Below, one piece after another: positions 10,703 to 20,193 of a DNA stretch of 64,000 nucleotides. How positions within the stretch are numbered: the stretch's first letter is position 1; the number at the start of each line of letters is the position of its first letter. This DNA comes from Patescibacteria group bacterium (GTDB lineage Bacteria > Patescibacteriota > Microgenomatia > Levybacterales > UBA12049): positions 779 through 64,778 of the forward strand of contig JBBTVD010000011.1 of the NCBI GenBank assembly GCA_038063415.1, in the 5' to 3' direction. A model generated the notes under the pieces. It did not search any database, was not told the DNA's origin, and saw only the letters and a program-made list of their open reading frames with translations. The position numbers were made by a program, and so were the translations under genes.

Positions 10703-11134
10703 TTATTTATACTGCCCCTTGATCTCAAAAAGCAAATAAAACCCAATAATAATACCTAAAACTCCTCCAACTGAGAGAGAGAGTACAGCCGAAACAGCAC
10801 TAATTGCTTCCGACCAAAATAAGAGCGTCCAACCTGCATAGGCATGCTTGGTAAGCTTTGGATATGCCATAAGCATCAGAATACTTGAAACGATTGCTAG
10901 TACTCCTGAAGCCATCACCATAAAGCTAGCCTCTACTCCTCCAAGTATTGCTACTGGAGAAATACCAATTGCGCCAAGTCCTACAATAATACCAAGAATA
11001 CCAAAAACGAGTGCAAGAATTGGTGCGATCTTGACCAGTACTTCCTGAATATTTTTAGGAAGATGAGGAGCTTGTTTGAAGACTCCTTCCAGCATACCAA
11101 TCAGATCATTTGCTTGTGATTTTTTTTCTGCCAT
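10703..11134 (-). CDS. Small integral membrane protein (about 4 TM)
   Basis: 143-aa hydrophobic ORF with an upstream GGGGTG SD-like motif. Confidence 0.8.
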   Translation of the reverse strand: MAEKKSQANDLIGMLEGVFKQAPHLPKNIQEVLVKIAPILALVFGILGIIVGLGAIGISPVAILGGVEASFMVMASGVLAIVSSILMLMAYPKLTKHAYAGWTLLFWSEAISAVSAVLSLSVGGVLGIIIGFYLLFEIKGQYK

Positions 11135-11231
11135 GTGTATTCACCCCCTTTCATACGCAACAACTATCTCAATGATAACAGAAAATACTTCGGAGAACAG
11201 AGAGCATTACGAAGTTATTTGGTTCTTACCT

Positions 11232-11291
11232 TGTCATTCCTGCGTAGGCAGGAATCCAGAGATCTAGATTCCCACTTTCGTGGGAATGACA
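11232..11291. repeat. Family A REP-like doublet, intergenic
   Basis: TGTCATTCCTGCGTAGGCAGGAATC...GATTCCCACTTTCGTGGGAATGACA. Confidence 0.9.
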
Positions 11292-11311
11292 GAATGGACG
11301 AAAAAGGCTTA

Positions 11312-12646
11312 TCACCAATTCAAACTTAATTGTGGAGAAAGCTTTTTTTTCAACTGCTTTTCTTCTTCTTCGTTCCAAATAGAGACTTTACCATACTCCC
11401 CATCGTACCCAGGAACAATAGCAATATTTCCTTCCCTCACTTTCTTTACTCCTGCTGATACCTGAGGTCCCGCAATATGTGCGATGTCTGCAATAGGTGC
11501 CTTCAGAAGGATATAAAACTCTGACTGCAACTCATGACAAAGCCGTATAAACATATTCTTTACCTTTTGACTAGCCACAGTCGAATGCATGGCCTCAGCA
11601 ATGATCTCGTTAAGAGGGATAAGCTTTACATAAGGAGGCTGCTTCTGCTGTGTATCGGTATGCCATTTGAGTCCTTGTGGATTAATCTTCTGTGTAACTC
11701 TGGTAAGAAGTGAGGGATCAGCAAGTTCTTGTACTCGATACAAAACTCCTTCAGTCATTCTCCGTTTACAGACAGGACAGATATTTCCATTCGCTCTGAT
11801 CTCTTCTGGTCCTTGTGCAACTTTACAGTTGCGGTGTCCTGAGAAATGGTACTTCCCTTCCTCAGGATAAAACTCAACCGTATAGGCAATGGTATTTGGC
11901 GTATCGACAGAGAAATGCATAATTGCCTTACGTACGTCGTCATACGAAAGCTTCTCAAGATCCATAATCGTTGCTTCCCTTCCCATCTTGGGAGCGCTAT
12001 GCGCATCAGAAAAAGAAAGAATCGTCCGAGTCATCAATTCCTTTACCTGCCAGTTCATGTCAGGATCGCTTGAAAGTCCCGTCTCAATGCCGTAAATATG
12101 CGGTGTTAACTCTTCAAAAGCTTGACGGAGCGATTCATAGCCAGATGCACTCCCGTAGATACCAAAGTGTGGCGTCCAGACGTGACAAGGGATCAGAAGG
12201 CATCGTTCGTCAATCGAAAGAATAAGCTCAAGCAGTTGTTTTGACCATAGACCAATAATTGGCCTTCCGTCAGCAGACAAATTGCAACCATGTTTAAGAA
12301 GAGCTGCGGTAATCTTTTCTGCAACCTGCATGCTCGGAGCAAAGACTAAATTATGGATTCTTCTCAGTTTGTCGTTTTGTTTGTAGATGTTTGAAATTTC
12401 TGTTGAAAAGAGAAAGCGAATCTTTTGATGTGGAGATACTTCTTTCTTTAATCGATACAAGCCCTCATCTGCTTCATCAAGTTGTCCCTGGATCTCTTTG
12501 AACCACAGCGGATGGGTAAAATCACAAACGGTCAGTATGTCCAATCCTTTTTGGGTGGCAACTTCGGCCATTACGGGAAGTGTCATTTGTGGAGAAACAG
12601 CACGGGAGTATTTGGAATGGAGATGCAAATCAGTCACATACTGCAT
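11312..12646 (-). CDS. PHP-domain endonuclease Q family protein (TIGR00375-like)
   Basis: DLHLHSKYSRAVS, SFSDAHS, GKYHFSGHRNC...CPVC Zn motif, PGYDGEYG. Confidence 0.85.
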   Translation of the reverse strand: MQYVTDLHLHSKYSRAVSPQMTLPVMAEVATQKGLDILTVCDFTHPLWFKEIQGQLDEADEGLYRLKKEVSPHQKIRFLFSTEISNIYKQNDKLRRIHNLVFAPSMQVAEKITAALLKHGCNLSADGRPIIGLWSKQLLELILSIDERCLLIPCHVWTPHFGIYGSASGYESLRQAFEELTPHIYGIETGLSSDPDMNWQVKELMTRTILSFSDAHSAPKMGREATIMDLEKLSYDDVRKAIMHFSVDTPNTIAYTVEFYPEEGKYHFSGHRNCKVAQGPEEIRANGNICPVCKRRMTEGVLYRVQELADPSLLTRVTQKINPQGLKWHTDTQQKQPPYVKLIPLNEIIAEAMHSTVASQKVKNMFIRLCHELQSEFYILLKAPIADIAHIAGPQVSAGVKKVREGNIAIVPGYDGEYGKVSIWNEEEEKQLKKKLSPQLSLNW

Positions 12647-12701
12647 GGGATTTATTGTAACATAGACAAAGAAAAAACAGTAAACCTTGTCGCAGCTATT
12701 A

Positions 12702-12779
12702 CGTCATGCTGGCTTGTCCAGCATCAGTATCTCAATCAAGATTCTGGATGCGCTCCGCTTGTCGCTTACCAGAATGACG
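12702..12779. repeat. Family A REP-like doublet, intergenic
   Basis: CGTCATGCTGGCTTGTCCAGCATC...GATTCTGG...CCAGAATGACG. Confidence 0.8.
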
Positions 12780-12787
12780 GATCTATG

Positions 12788-14647
12788 CTACTCACTTTTC
12801 CCTTGTAATTTATACATTGCAATCAATTCTTTTACACTAGTCGCATCCTCTGCTTTTTTATCTTTGTCCCGAAAGGTAATCAGACGTGGGAACCTGAGTG
12901 CATAACCAGCTTCTTTCACCACTTTGGCTTCCTCCCCTTCTTGGACTTCTTCCTCATTCATCCCTGCCGTATGCATGGGGCTTCTGGTAATCTCATCAGC
13001 CAATACCTCAATAACGATTTTAGGCTTCACCCAGACGCTTGGGGTAATAAGTGACTCCACACGAGCAGGCTTATGCTCAAGTTCTAGCCCTTTTGTCTTT
13101 TCAGCAATACTTCGCCATTCATCATCGCTCAGTCCCGTCCCAATCCGTGAAACCGTCACAAAAGCATCTTTTTCCTCATCATACAGACCAACGAGCAGTG
13201 CCCCCGCCCCAAATGAAGCTCGTTTCCCTTTGCCATAAATGTATCCTAAGATCACGCAATCTATGGTATCGGTCAGATCACCAGCCGAATGTCTTTTGAG
13301 TTTTACCCAGTTAAAATTACGCCCTCCAGCCTCATACAATGAATCAGGCCGTTTGATAACAACTCCTTCAAGGCCTTTGGAAATCGAATCATCAAGGAGG
13401 AGCTGCAGCTCTTCGGGTTCTTTTAAGACCTTTCCAGGAGAAGGAATGAGCGTCTCACTGCCATCAATAATCCGCTCTAGCGCTTCCATTCGCTCCATAA
13501 GTGGCGTATCAATAAGTGACTTCCCATCCGCATACAGGATGTCAAAGACAAATGCCCGCAGAGGTAATTCCTTGGCTACTGCATCAATGTTATGTTTGCG
13601 ACGGCGTTTGGTTGTCTCTTGAAATGGAAGAAACTCTTCAGAGGCCGGATTGTACGCGAGTGCTTCAGAATCAAGAATTGCCGTTTTGGCTTTCACTTGC
13701 CTCCGCGTCCCCGCAATAAGCTCAGGGAACATATGCGTCATATCTTCAAGATTACGAGAGAACATGGAAACCTTCTCCCCATCTTTATGGATCTGTACCC
13801 GAAAGCCATCGTATTTCGGTGTCGCCTGTACCCCTCTAAGCACCTTTTCTCCGTTATCTGTCATCCTCGACTTGATCGGGGATCCATCCTTCTGGATTCC
13901 CGCTTTCGCGGGAATGACAATTGTTGACATCTTCTCAAAAACCTTAACAGGATTGGGCAGACGTTCACAAAGTTCAGACCGAATGGGGCGACCCACGGTA
14001 ACCGTTAGCTTTTGTACCGCCTCAAGTCCTTGATCCATTAATGTCTTGCCAATCAGTCCCAAATCTGAAGTCTCATTGTATGCTTTCTCAAGTAACTTTC
14101 GTTTACTTCGATCCCCCAGAATTGCAAGACTCACTGCATCAAGAATGGTGGGATCGCCAATTCCAAGACGTGCTTTACCAAGCACAATTCGCACAAGATG
14201 CTTTACAGAAGAGCTATCAAGTTTTTTTAGTAGTTCTGAGAAGAGTGTTCGCTTCTTCTCGACAGTCCCCTCGCCAGAAATATGCGCAAGATCCGTTAAC
14301 AGAGCAAAAACTTCTCCGACGGTAAGCTTGCCTCTTCCTTCTTCACCCTTTCCCCGTAACTGTTTCGCAACCTTCCCCATATCTCCCATTTGTTGATACA
14401 CCTCCCACACTGCTTCTTTGGTTGAATCAAATGCTTGCGCAAGAGCTGCCGAGACAGTTTTGTCTGCCATACCAAATTCAACCGGAGCATAAAAAGGAGC
14501 TACTCTCCCCTGAGAGAGGTACATAACCTTGTCAATTTCGTCAGAAGATACTTGCTTAAAAAGCTCTGACAAAATATCGATTAATGCTAATCGAGACGAG
14601 GTCTCTTCAAGTTTGTCAAAATAAGCTGCGAGTTCTGAAAAAGTCAT
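12788..14647 (-). CDS. lig: ATP-dependent DNA ligase (archaeal/eukaryal-type, with N-terminal DBD)
   Basis: KYDGFRVQIH motif I, EGVVIK, WVKLK, LRFPR. Confidence 0.95.
   Translation of the reverse strand: MTFSELAAYFDKLEETSSRLALIDILSELFKQVSSDEIDKVMYLSQGRVAPFYAPVEFGMADKTVSAALAQAFDSTKEAVWEVYQQMGDMGKVAKQLRGKGEEGRGKLTVGEVFALLTDLAHISGEGTVEKKRTLFSELLKKLDSSSVKHLVRIVLGKARLGIGDPTILDAVSLAILGDRSKRKLLEKAYNETSDLGLIGKTLMDQGLEAVQKLTVTVGRPIRSELCERLPNPVKVFEKMSTIVIPAKAGIQKDGSPIKSRMTDNGEKVLRGVQATPKYDGFRVQIHKDGEKVSMFSRNLEDMTHMFPELIAGTRRQVKAKTAILDSEALAYNPASEEFLPFQETTKRRRKHNIDAVAKELPLRAFVFDILYADGKSLIDTPLMERMEALERIIDGSETLIPSPGKVLKEPEELQLLLDDSISKGLEGVVIKRPDSLYEAGGRNFNWVKLKRHSAGDLTDTIDCVILGYIYGKGKRASFGAGALLVGLYDEEKDAFVTVSRIGTGLSDDEWRSIAEKTKGLELEHKPARVESLITPSVWVKPKIVIEVLADEITRSPMHTAGMNEEEVQEGEEAKVVKEAGYALRFPRLITFRDKDKKAEDATSVKELIAMYKLQGKSE
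13859..13919. repeat. Family A element inserted in frame in DNA ligase
   Basis: TGTCATCCTCGACTTGATCGGGGATCC...GGATTCCCGCTTTCGCGGGAATGACA, translated as VIPAKAGIQKDGSPIKSRMT. Confidence 0.9.
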
Positions 14648-14654
14648 ACTTTTC

Positions 14655-15707
14655 TTATGCCATCACATATTTGGCACCTTTGGTGCTTCCTTGTTTGCGG
14701 ATTAAGCCGTTTTTGATAAGTGCCTTCAGCTCATTGAGTACCGTATCCTCAGAGACCATTGGGAAGAGTTGTTTAAAACCGTTATTTTGTAAATGCCCTG
14801 TTTTTTGGATATATTCGATAATCTTTAACTGTCGGTCAGAAAGAAGGACAGGTGCCCCCCCCAAACGTTCTTTGAGCTTGCCGTCAACAGAAATTTTTTC
14901 AATCTTCTCTTTAATTTTGGCAAGTTCAATCGCAAGTCCTTCAGTAAAGTACTCCAACCATTCGGTCAAATCTCCAAAATGCTGTTCGACGCTTTGAAGA
15001 GCAGCATAATACCTTGTGGCATCGTTATCAAAATACTCTTCAAGTGAGAAGAACTTCCGAATGTCGTAACCTTCTTGGAAGAGAATAAAGGTAGACAATA
15101 CTCTCGAAACTCGTCCGTTACCATCAATAAATGGATGAATTCGCGCAAGCTCATAATGTACACTCCCACTTTTCAGAATCGGATGAATCTCATCTTCTTG
15201 CGTTTTATTAATAAATTCTAAAAGCTCTTGTATTTGAAATGGCACAGCAAGGGCAACAGGTGGACGGAAGGTTACTTCTCCGGTAAGGCTATTCTTGACC
15301 ACTACTTGGGTTGTACGGTACTCTCCGCATTTCTCAAACGGTAGAATCTTCTCCACCGTCATCTTGTGTAGTTGCCTAATAAAATCTTCATCAATGGTCT
15401 TATGTGCTTCTTCAGTTTTATTTTGATCAATATATTCCATTACCCGACGGTAATTAATAACCTCCTGAATATCCCGCTCACGAGCCATAACTGCATGTCC
15501 TTCCATAACCTTTTCAGCTTGCGTAAGATTGAGCTCGTTTCCTTCAATATGCGTCCCGTGATGGACACTTCGTACCATAGCGTCTTTACGAAACTCCTTT
15601 TCGTAGTATGGAAGCAGCGGTGCATGATCGATCACTTCACGGCTTGCTTCGATCACCCCAATCTGTCTGAGGATTTTATTGGTAATTTTATATTTTGGAG
15701 CGTACAT
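14655..15707 (-). CDS. Fic family protein with C-terminal winged HTH
   Basis: Canonical HPFIDGNGRVSR Fic motif. Confidence 0.93.
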   Translation of the reverse strand: MYAPKYKITNKILRQIGVIEASREVIDHAPLLPYYEKEFRKDAMVRSVHHGTHIEGNELNLTQAEKVMEGHAVMARERDIQEVINYRRVMEYIDQNKTEEAHKTIDEDFIRQLHKMTVEKILPFEKCGEYRTTQVVVKNSLTGEVTFRPPVALAVPFQIQELLEFINKTQEDEIHPILKSGSVHYELARIHPFIDGNGRVSRVLSTFILFQEGYDIRKFFSLEEYFDNDATRYYAALQSVEQHFGDLTEWLEYFTEGLAIELAKIKEKIEKISVDGKLKERLGGAPVLLSDRQLKIIEYIQKTGHLQNNGFKQLFPMVSEDTVLNELKALIKNGLIRKQGSTKGAKYVMA

Positions 15708-15768
15708 AGCTACTGGTATTATTGATCATTTCCCGAAAAAAGGCAAGAAGCCGTGCTATAATATCGGC

Positions 15769-16041
15769 ATGCCAACCCAAAAAGCAATCGCACAAGAGAA
15801 ACTACACTTAGAAATTCTCAAGCAAATGATTACGCTTGCTACCAGTGGCTTTGGACTAGTAGCCGCGCTTGCCTGGAATAACGTCATTCAGGAATTTATG
15901 AAGGTCTATGTGAACAGATGGCTTCCACAAGGTGGGAGTGTTGTATCGCTTCTCTTCTATGCCGTTCTCGTAACTGTCTTTGCGGTGGTTGTTACCTATC
16001 AATTAACCAAACTTGCTGAACTTTCAGAGCGGAAGAAGTAA
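15769..16041 (+). CDS. DUF5654-like small membrane protein
   Basis: LATSGFGLVAALAWN motif. Start revised to MPTQK, 6 nt after TATAAT. Confidence 0.8.
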   Translation: MPTQKAIAQEKLHLEILKQMITLATSGFGLVAALAWNNVIQEFMKVYVNRWLPQGGSVVSLLFYAVLVTVFAVVVTYQLTKLAELSERKK

Positions 16042-16968
16042 TGTACGCATCACTTGAGGAATCTCTTCTGTCAGATCTGAAGCATTAAAATAATACCCAA
16101 CCCGCTCAAACAAAGCTTCTCCTGCCTTCTTATTGAAGTAACTTCCAGCAGTTGCAGCCAGATACAACTCATTTTTACAGGCAAGAGCAGCGACAAGTCC
16201 AGCCAAAACATCCCCTGTCCCTCCTTTGGTCATACCGGCATTCCCTCCAGAGATCTCAACCCACTGTTCTGGAGAACATACGATATCCTTCTCCCCTTTG
16301 AGGAGAATGGTACAGTTATACTTTTTAGCTACCTGCTTTATAGTGTCATGCTGAACTTGTTTCAGCATCTTTTTATCCTTTGTTTGAAGATTCCGAAACG
16401 AGTTCGGAATGACAGGAGAAAACACTCTCCCAAACTCTTGATGATGGGGCGTCAGAATCACATTCCCGTTGAGTGGAAGCAACCATTCTGGCTCAAGCAT
16501 CTGCAGGGCTCCAGCATCAATGATCCATTTTTTCTTAGGATAGGTTGCAAGCAGATACTTCGTCAGATAGTACGTCTGCATACCTTCGTCCTCTACGAGA
16601 AGAATCTCCTCCAATTTACCATTTACCATTTGCCATTTGCCATTTGCATGTTCTGTCCGAACCATCCCTGGACCAATAAGCACGGCGTCAGCTTCCTCAA
16701 TATACGCATCAATATCTTCCTGTCTGACGATAATGCCATTTCGAAACTCTTTTTTGAGCGACTCAACCAGCAGGTTGTTCTCCGCAACCGAAGAATAAAA
16801 GACCATATCAACAATCTTTGAAGCAATTTGCAATGCCCACAGAGAAGCTGCATGAAAAAGTTGGGAACCTCCAATAATCATCAGTTTTCCATTCTGTCCT
16901 TTGTGAGAACCTGCAGGAGGAACGTAGATATCTTTGAGTAATTCAGGATCAAATTGCTGCATAGTCAT
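16024..16968 (-). CDS. nnrD: ADP-dependent NAD(P)H-hydrate dehydratase (YjeF-C)
   Basis: HKGQNG, IGPG, IIDAGAL, ILTPH..EF, LLKG, GGTGDVLAG. Confidence 0.92.
   Translation of the reverse strand: MTMQQFDPELLKDIYVPPAGSHKGQNGKLMIIGGSQLFHAASLWALQIASKIVDMVFYSSVAENNLLVESLKKEFRNGIIVRQEDIDAYIEEADAVLIGPGMVRTEHANGKWQMVNGKLEEILLVEDEGMQTYYLTKYLLATYPKKKWIIDAGALQMLEPEWLLPLNGNVILTPHHQEFGRVFSPVIPNSFRNLQTKDKKMLKQVQHDTIKQVAKKYNCTILLKGEKDIVCSPEQWVEISGGNAGMTKGGTGDVLAGLVAALACKNELYLAATAGSYFNKKAGEALFERVGYYFNASDLTEEIPQVMRTLLLPL
16344..16414. repeat. Family A element inserted in frame in nnrD
   Basis: TGTCATGCTGAACTTGTTTCAGCATCT...AGATTCCGAAACGAGTTCGGAATGACA, translated as VIPNSFRNL...KMLKQVQHD. Confidence 0.9.
16614..16648. 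repeat. 7-nt tandem repeat inside nnrD
   Basis: ATTTACC ATTTACC ATTTGCC ATTTGCC ATTTGCA, encoding ANGKWQMVNGK. Confidence 0.85.
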
Positions 16969-18028
16969 TTTTTAACTCTATCACACTCCCTTCCCCTAGC
17001 GAAAGAGTTGACAAGAATTCTTTATGGGTTGTTGTAAGAACTGTCTGGCATTGATCCATTACGGTAAGGACATGCTGAATATGTCCACTATCAAGTTCTG
17101 AAAAAATATCGTCCAAAAGTAACAATGGCTGTTTACCCAAAGCTTCAGCAATCAACGTAATTTGGGCAAATTTAAGCTCCAAGGTTACTAATCTTTGCTG
17201 TCCACGAGAAGCAACTGAGCGAACTTGCTCCCGCTTGCCGGAGACAGGATGCTCCATCTGGATAAAGACTTCATCACGATGAGGACCCACAAGCGTCACG
17301 CCCGATCCAATCTCCGCGTGCTTGTATTGAGCCAAGCGCTCTACCGAGATACTACTTTTATCGTACTCCAATGTAAAGGGAAATAACTTCTTTTCCTGCT
17401 TATTAATCTGTGTAATAAGTTCTTCTCGTTTCTTGGTAATATAGTTTCCTGTCTTAATCAGCAAAGTATCCCAGTAGGCAAATCGCTCTTCATCACGGTA
17501 GCCCTGCTCTCGTGCCTGCTCAAGAAGGGCATTACGTTGACGTAAAGCTTTGGTATAAGTGGTCAGCGCATTTGTGTATGCCGTATCAATTTGCTCGAGA
17601 ATCTCATTAAGGAAGTTTCTCCGCATGGAAGGTTGCCCGGAAACGAGGTCAAGGGTCTCAGGAGTAAAAAGGACAACCGGCAAATGTGAAGCAAAATCTA
17701 CCCGTCTTCGAGGGATACTATTTACCAGATATTTTTTTTGTACTGCCGAACCTGTACGATCAGTAAAAAGCATCTCAAGCGTTTTCGAATCGGTATCTTC
17801 CCCTTCAATAATTGCTTTGATTCGACCAAAAGGTTTTCCAAAAAGGATTACTTGTCCATCTTTTTCAGATTTGAAACTCTTTCCGGTAAAAGAGAACACA
17901 AGTGATTCAACAAAATTTGTCTTTCCGACAGCGTTGGGTCCAACCACTACCGTTAATCGAGGATCAAACTGAAAGGCTGCAGTTGTATAATTTCTGAAAT
18001 GTTGCAGAGAGAGTGTACGTAAAATCAT
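16949..18028 (-). CDS. recF: DNA replication and repair protein RecF
   Basis: FRNY, GPNAVGKTN Walker A, GPHRD, SRGQQR, LLLDDIFSELD. Confidence 0.96.
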   Translation of the reverse strand: MILRTLSLQHFRNYTTAAFQFDPRLTVVVGPNAVGKTNFVESLVFSFTGKSFKSEKDGQVILFGKPFGRIKAIIEGEDTDSKTLEMLFTDRTGSAVQKKYLVNSIPRRRVDFASHLPVVLFTPETLDLVSGQPSMRRNFLNEILEQIDTAYTNALTTYTKALRQRNALLEQAREQGYRDEERFAYWDTLLIKTGNYITKKREELITQINKQEKKLFPFTLEYDKSSISVERLAQYKHAEIGSGVTLVGPHRDEVFIQMEHPVSGKREQVRSVASRGQQRLVTLELKFAQITLIAEALGKQPLLLLDDIFSELDSGHIQHVLTVMDQCQTVLTTTHKEFLSTLSLGEGSVIELKNDYAAI

Positions 18029-18048
18029 CGTTACTAAGATACAATGAT

Positions 18049-18759
18049 TTATTCTATCACGGTTCCAACAAAAGGCTCACCTTTGAAGTAGTTACGAATA
18101 TTAGCAAAATCATTACCTGAGAGTAATACCACCCGTGTACCACTTGCTTGTGCCTTTTTGGCTGCAATAGGATCAAACGGAGCATGCATACCTGGTGTCC
18201 ATTTGTCACCAATCAACTTGCGGAAATCTTCCCAGGAAATCTTATCTATTGGCTTGGCATCGGGGAAGGTATTGGGGTCACGATTAAAGAGTTGGGAGAC
18301 ATTACTAAGGTTAATGACGGTATCGACGTGGTAGTCTTCGGCAAGCATCGTAGCACAATAGTCTGTCGACCATCCAGGTTTCCAGCCTCCAGCCACCACA
18401 ACAGGCTCCGTTGCTTTACGGATAATATCGTAATTTTTGATAATATAAGGATGGGCAATATCTCGGAAGATCGTACGAACGAGGTGTGCATTCAGTCGGG
18501 TTGCATGAAGTCCCAGCCAATCCATATCGTTGTAAGTTAGTTCATGCCCTATGACTTCTTGCCCTGCCTGAGCATATTGCCTAGCGGTTGCTCCCCCACC
18601 TACGACCAAAAAAAACTGACGCTTGGTATCTGCTGCCAGTTGAGACCGGATAAAGGTATTGAGATTACTAAGAAAGGGAGTATTAACGTCGTCACCGGGA
18701 ACAACAAGAGAGCCTCCGACTGAAATGATAGTTCTTTTGACTCCTTTACTATTCGCCAT
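18049..18759 (-). CDS. pyrH: UMP kinase (archaeal-type)
   Basis: SVGGS, GGGATAR, PGWSTD, PFDPIAA. Confidence 0.9.
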   Translation of the reverse strand: MANSKGVKRTIISVGGSLVVPGDDVNTPFLSNLNTFIRSQLAADTKRQFFLVVGGGATARQYAQAGQEVIGHELTYNDMDWLGLHATRLNAHLVRTIFRDIAHPYIIKNYDIIRKATEPVVVAGGWKPGWSTDYCATMLAEDYHVDTVINLSNVSQLFNRDPNTFPDAKPIDKISWEDFRKLIGDKWTPGMHAPFDPIAAKKAQASGTRVVLLSGNDFANIRNYFKGEPFVGTVIE

Positions 18760-18836
18760 AGCTCCTCCGCACTGAGTGCTTTAATAATAATAGCAGAAAG
18801 GCTAAGCAAAAACAACCCATAAGTTGTCAAAAGATG

Positions 18837-19775
18837 TCAACATTGGCAAGAGCTACAGAAAAACGTTCCCCGCCCTCCGAGTACACATCTTTGAATTATT
18901 GTGCCACAAAGAGGGCATGCTTGTCCATCTTTTTTATACACAAGAAAATGTTTCTGATAATTGCCCTGCGTACCAAGCACACTGATATAGTTATTTGCCG
19001 ATGCTCCCCCCAGCGCAATACTTTTGGTGAGCAATGCCTCGATTGCGACAAAGAGCTTCTGTTGTTCAGATGGGGATAAAGAGCTTGCCGAACGAGTTGG
19101 GAGAATCCCCGCCTGGAAGAGTGCATCATTGGCATAAATATTCCCCACACCGGCAATCCTTCGCTGATCCATAAGAACGGTCTTTATAGGCGATCTGGTA
19201 GCCTTCAGAATGGTTTTAAAATCCTTAAGTGTCAAATCTCGCAACGGCTCCTTCCCAAGAGACTTAAAAAAAGGCAAAAAGGCTACTTCTTCTGTAGGAA
19301 CAACCTGAATCCAGCCAAACTGCCGGATGTCACGATAGTACAACACCGCTCCCCGATCCAAATGAAAAATGACATGTGTGTACTTGTCTGGAAGATCTTC
19401 CAAAGAAAACTGAGAAAAGGATGTAGCATTTTTTTCGTTCGCATCCTGAACTCCTTGATTATTTTTTAAATATGATTGTGTGAATTGCGGAACAGAAAAA
19501 TGTTGCAATCCAATCTCAGATTCTTTATCTTTTGCTGGTTTGTACAATAGCTGCCCCGTCATCTTCACATGAATGGCCAAACTCATATTATTTGAAAAAT
19601 CAATCACCAACCCTTTCCCAAACTTTCTGGCACCACTGACCTTAGCTCCGGTAATTAACTTCGGATCTCCACGAAACTGTTTGGGGAGAGTAATCACAAT
19701 ATCCAAGATCGTGTGTCCTACCAGATGTTTCTTCAGACCAAGACGAATTGTTTCTACTTCAGGAAGTTCAGTCAT
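18837..19775 (-). CDS. mutM: Formamidopyrimidine-DNA glycosylase
   Basis: MTELPEVE N-terminus, HVKMTG, D.RQFG, GVGNIYA H2TH, C-terminal CPLC...CSSCQ Zn finger. Start revised to 19775. Confidence 0.93.
   Translation of the reverse strand: MTELPEVETIRLGLKKHLVGHTILDIVITLPKQFRGDPKLITGAKVSGARKFGKGLVIDFSNNMSLAIHVKMTGQLLYKPAKDKESEIGLQHFSVPQFTQSYLKNNQGVQDANEKNATSFSQFSLEDLPDKYTHVIFHLDRGAVLYYRDIRQFGWIQVVPTEEVAFLPFFKSLGKEPLRDLTLKDFKTILKATRSPIKTVLMDQRRIAGVGNIYANDALFQAGILPTRSASSLSPSEQQKLFVAIEALLTKSIALGGASANNYISVLGTQGNYQKHFLVYKKDGQACPLCGTIIQRCVLGGRGTFFCSSCQC
19410..19519. repeat. Long hairpin element (family C) inserted in frame in fpg
   Basis: CTGAGA..GGATGTAGCATTTTTTTCGTTCGCA...TGCGGAACAGAAAAATGTTGCAATCC..TCTCAG, resembling the intergenic copies at 50837 and 58713. 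Confidence 0.7.
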
Positions 19776-19782
19776 GAGGAGA

Positions 19783-20193
19783 TTATAGCAGGCCTCTTTC
19801 CTTAAAATACTTTTCAGAAGGACGAGGCAAAGCAAGTGACTTTAACTCAGACAGCTTTATCCACTGCAAACTGACCAAATCGTCGGCCGCTACAGCATCT
19901 ATACCCTCCGGTTCTATACGGAAGACCAAAAAGACATAATGCGTTAGCTCTCCATGCTTATCAGGCTCATAATCCTCATCAAACGCTACTCGCTCTATCT
20001 TCTTTACCGACAAACCAGTCTCTTCTGTAACTTCCCGCTTCACCGCATCATGCACCGATTCTTCGCCGAGATTGACTCCACCACCCGACAAATGCCACGT
20101 GTTAGGATAGGGTCCAGTATTTTCCTTCTTCTTCCCAAGAAGTACCTTTCCCTCTTTTTCAATAATAGCCGTAACTACTAATCGCGATTTCAT
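19783..20193 (-). CDS. NUDIX hydrolase
   Basis: GGGVNLGESVHDAVKREVTEETGL Nudix box. Confidence 0.93.
   Translation of the reverse strand: MKSRLVVTAIIEKEGKVLLGKKKENTGPYPNTWHLSGGGVNLGEESVHDAVKREVTEETGLSVKKIERVAFDEDYEPDKHGELTHYVFLVFRIEPEGIDAVAADDLVSLQWIKLSELKSLALPRPSEKYFKERGLL

Noticed and set aside
11135-11329. Short ORFs containing LSFLRRQESR/DSHFRGND
   Set aside because: They are spurious translations of a family A repeat.
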